Source: an uncultured Desulfuromonas sp. (GTDB taxonomy: Bacteria; Desulfobacterota; Desulfuromonadia; Desulfuromonadales; Desulfuromonadaceae). Taken from it: a stretch of 64,000 bases of DNA. Of the stretch, positions 63,648 through 64,000 are shown one piece after another (position 1 is the first letter of the stretch; each line of letters opens with the position of its first letter). The notes under the pieces were generated by a model. That model was given only the letters and a program-made list of their open reading frames with translations, did no database searches and was not told where the DNA came from. The stretch is taken from positions 24,107-88,106 of the forward strand of contig CAZHXF010000001.1 of the NCBI GenBank assembly GCA_964536375.1, read 5' to 3'. Both the position numbers and the translations under genes were made by a program.

Positions 63648-64000
63648 TTGGCTCGTATCGCTGGTATAGACTTACCGAAGAATAAACGTATTGAAGTTGC
63701 GCTGACCTATATTTATGGGGTCGGACGTCAGACAGCGCAACGGATCCTGTCTCAAGCTGGTGTAGATTTTGATACTCGCTCGGACGATCTTACTGAATCA
63801 GAAGTAGCGCAGATTCGTAAGGTACTAGATGCTGAATATAAAGTGGAAGGCGACTTGCGTCGTGAAATTTCCATGAATATTAAGCGTATGATGGATCTTG
63901 GCTGTTATCGTGGTTTGCGCCATCGTCGTGGTTTGCCAGTACGTGGGCAAAAAACCAAAACCAATGCTCGTACTCGTAAGGGTCCGCGTAAGACGGTTGC
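63648..64000 (+). CDS. rpsM: 30S ribosomal protein S13 (uS13), 5' part (3' end lies outside the window)
   Basis: [26 protein letters not shown] follows a TTG start, with GGGAGGA 7 nt upstream. The ORF runs to the window end. Confidence 0.93.
   Translation, partial: MARIAGIDLPKNKRIEVALTYIYGVGRQTAQRILSQAGVDFDTRSDDLTESEVAQIRKVLDAEYKVEGDLRREISMNIKRMMDLGCYRGLRHRRGLPVRGQKTKTNARTRKGPRKTV

Overview
This is a chromosomal core region of a roughly 47% GC bacterium. Protein signatures look Desulfobacterota/deltaproteobacterial, but that lineage call is inference only.

**Layout**
- 1-8.4 kb: distal half of the dcw cell-wall/division cluster (ftsW'-murG-murC-murB-ddl-ftsQ-ftsA-ftsZ), ending in a clear intrinsic terminator.
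- 8.6-33.7 kb: a mixed block.
  - A radical-SAM plus flavin-reductase pair.
  - Three c-di-GMP enzymes.
  - A tightly coupled CheY-CheC-PAS/GGDEF operon.
  - A complete selenocysteine toolkit in two pieces: selA-selB-selD at 13.1-17.5 kb, and selC (tRNA-Sec) plus yedF at 23.8-24.6 kb.
  - Housekeeping genes: rlmD-like, ispG, a Ycf46-like AAA+ ATPase, proS, a DUF4388 gene, pyrF and rlmB.
- 33.8-64 kb: the canonical translation/transcription super-cluster.
  - tRNA Thr-Tyr-Gly-Thr, tuf, rpmG, tRNA-Trp, secE, nusG.
  - rplKAJL, rpoBC, rpsL-rpsG-fusA-tuf.
  - The S10 and spc operons, then secY-adk-map-rpmJ-rpsM'.

I saw no transposase, integrase, CRISPR array, prophage or recognisable defence island, and no convincing undescribed multi-gene system.

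**Most useful observations**
1. selD is a selenoprotein. An in-frame UGA sits upstream of the ORF-track start, so the track truncates the gene.
2. tRNA-Sec has an 8-bp acceptor stem and its own promoter and terminator, next to yedF.
3. The receiver-CheC-diguanylate cyclase operon has ATGA and GTGA start/stop overlaps.
4. The two tuf copies share a 1,088-nt identical tract, consistent with gene conversion.
5. Several small regulatory-looking repeats and hairpins lie in the few long intergenic regions.

Many ORF-track starts are simply the first alternative start after a stop. I corrected them where an RBS or family N-terminus supports a different start.
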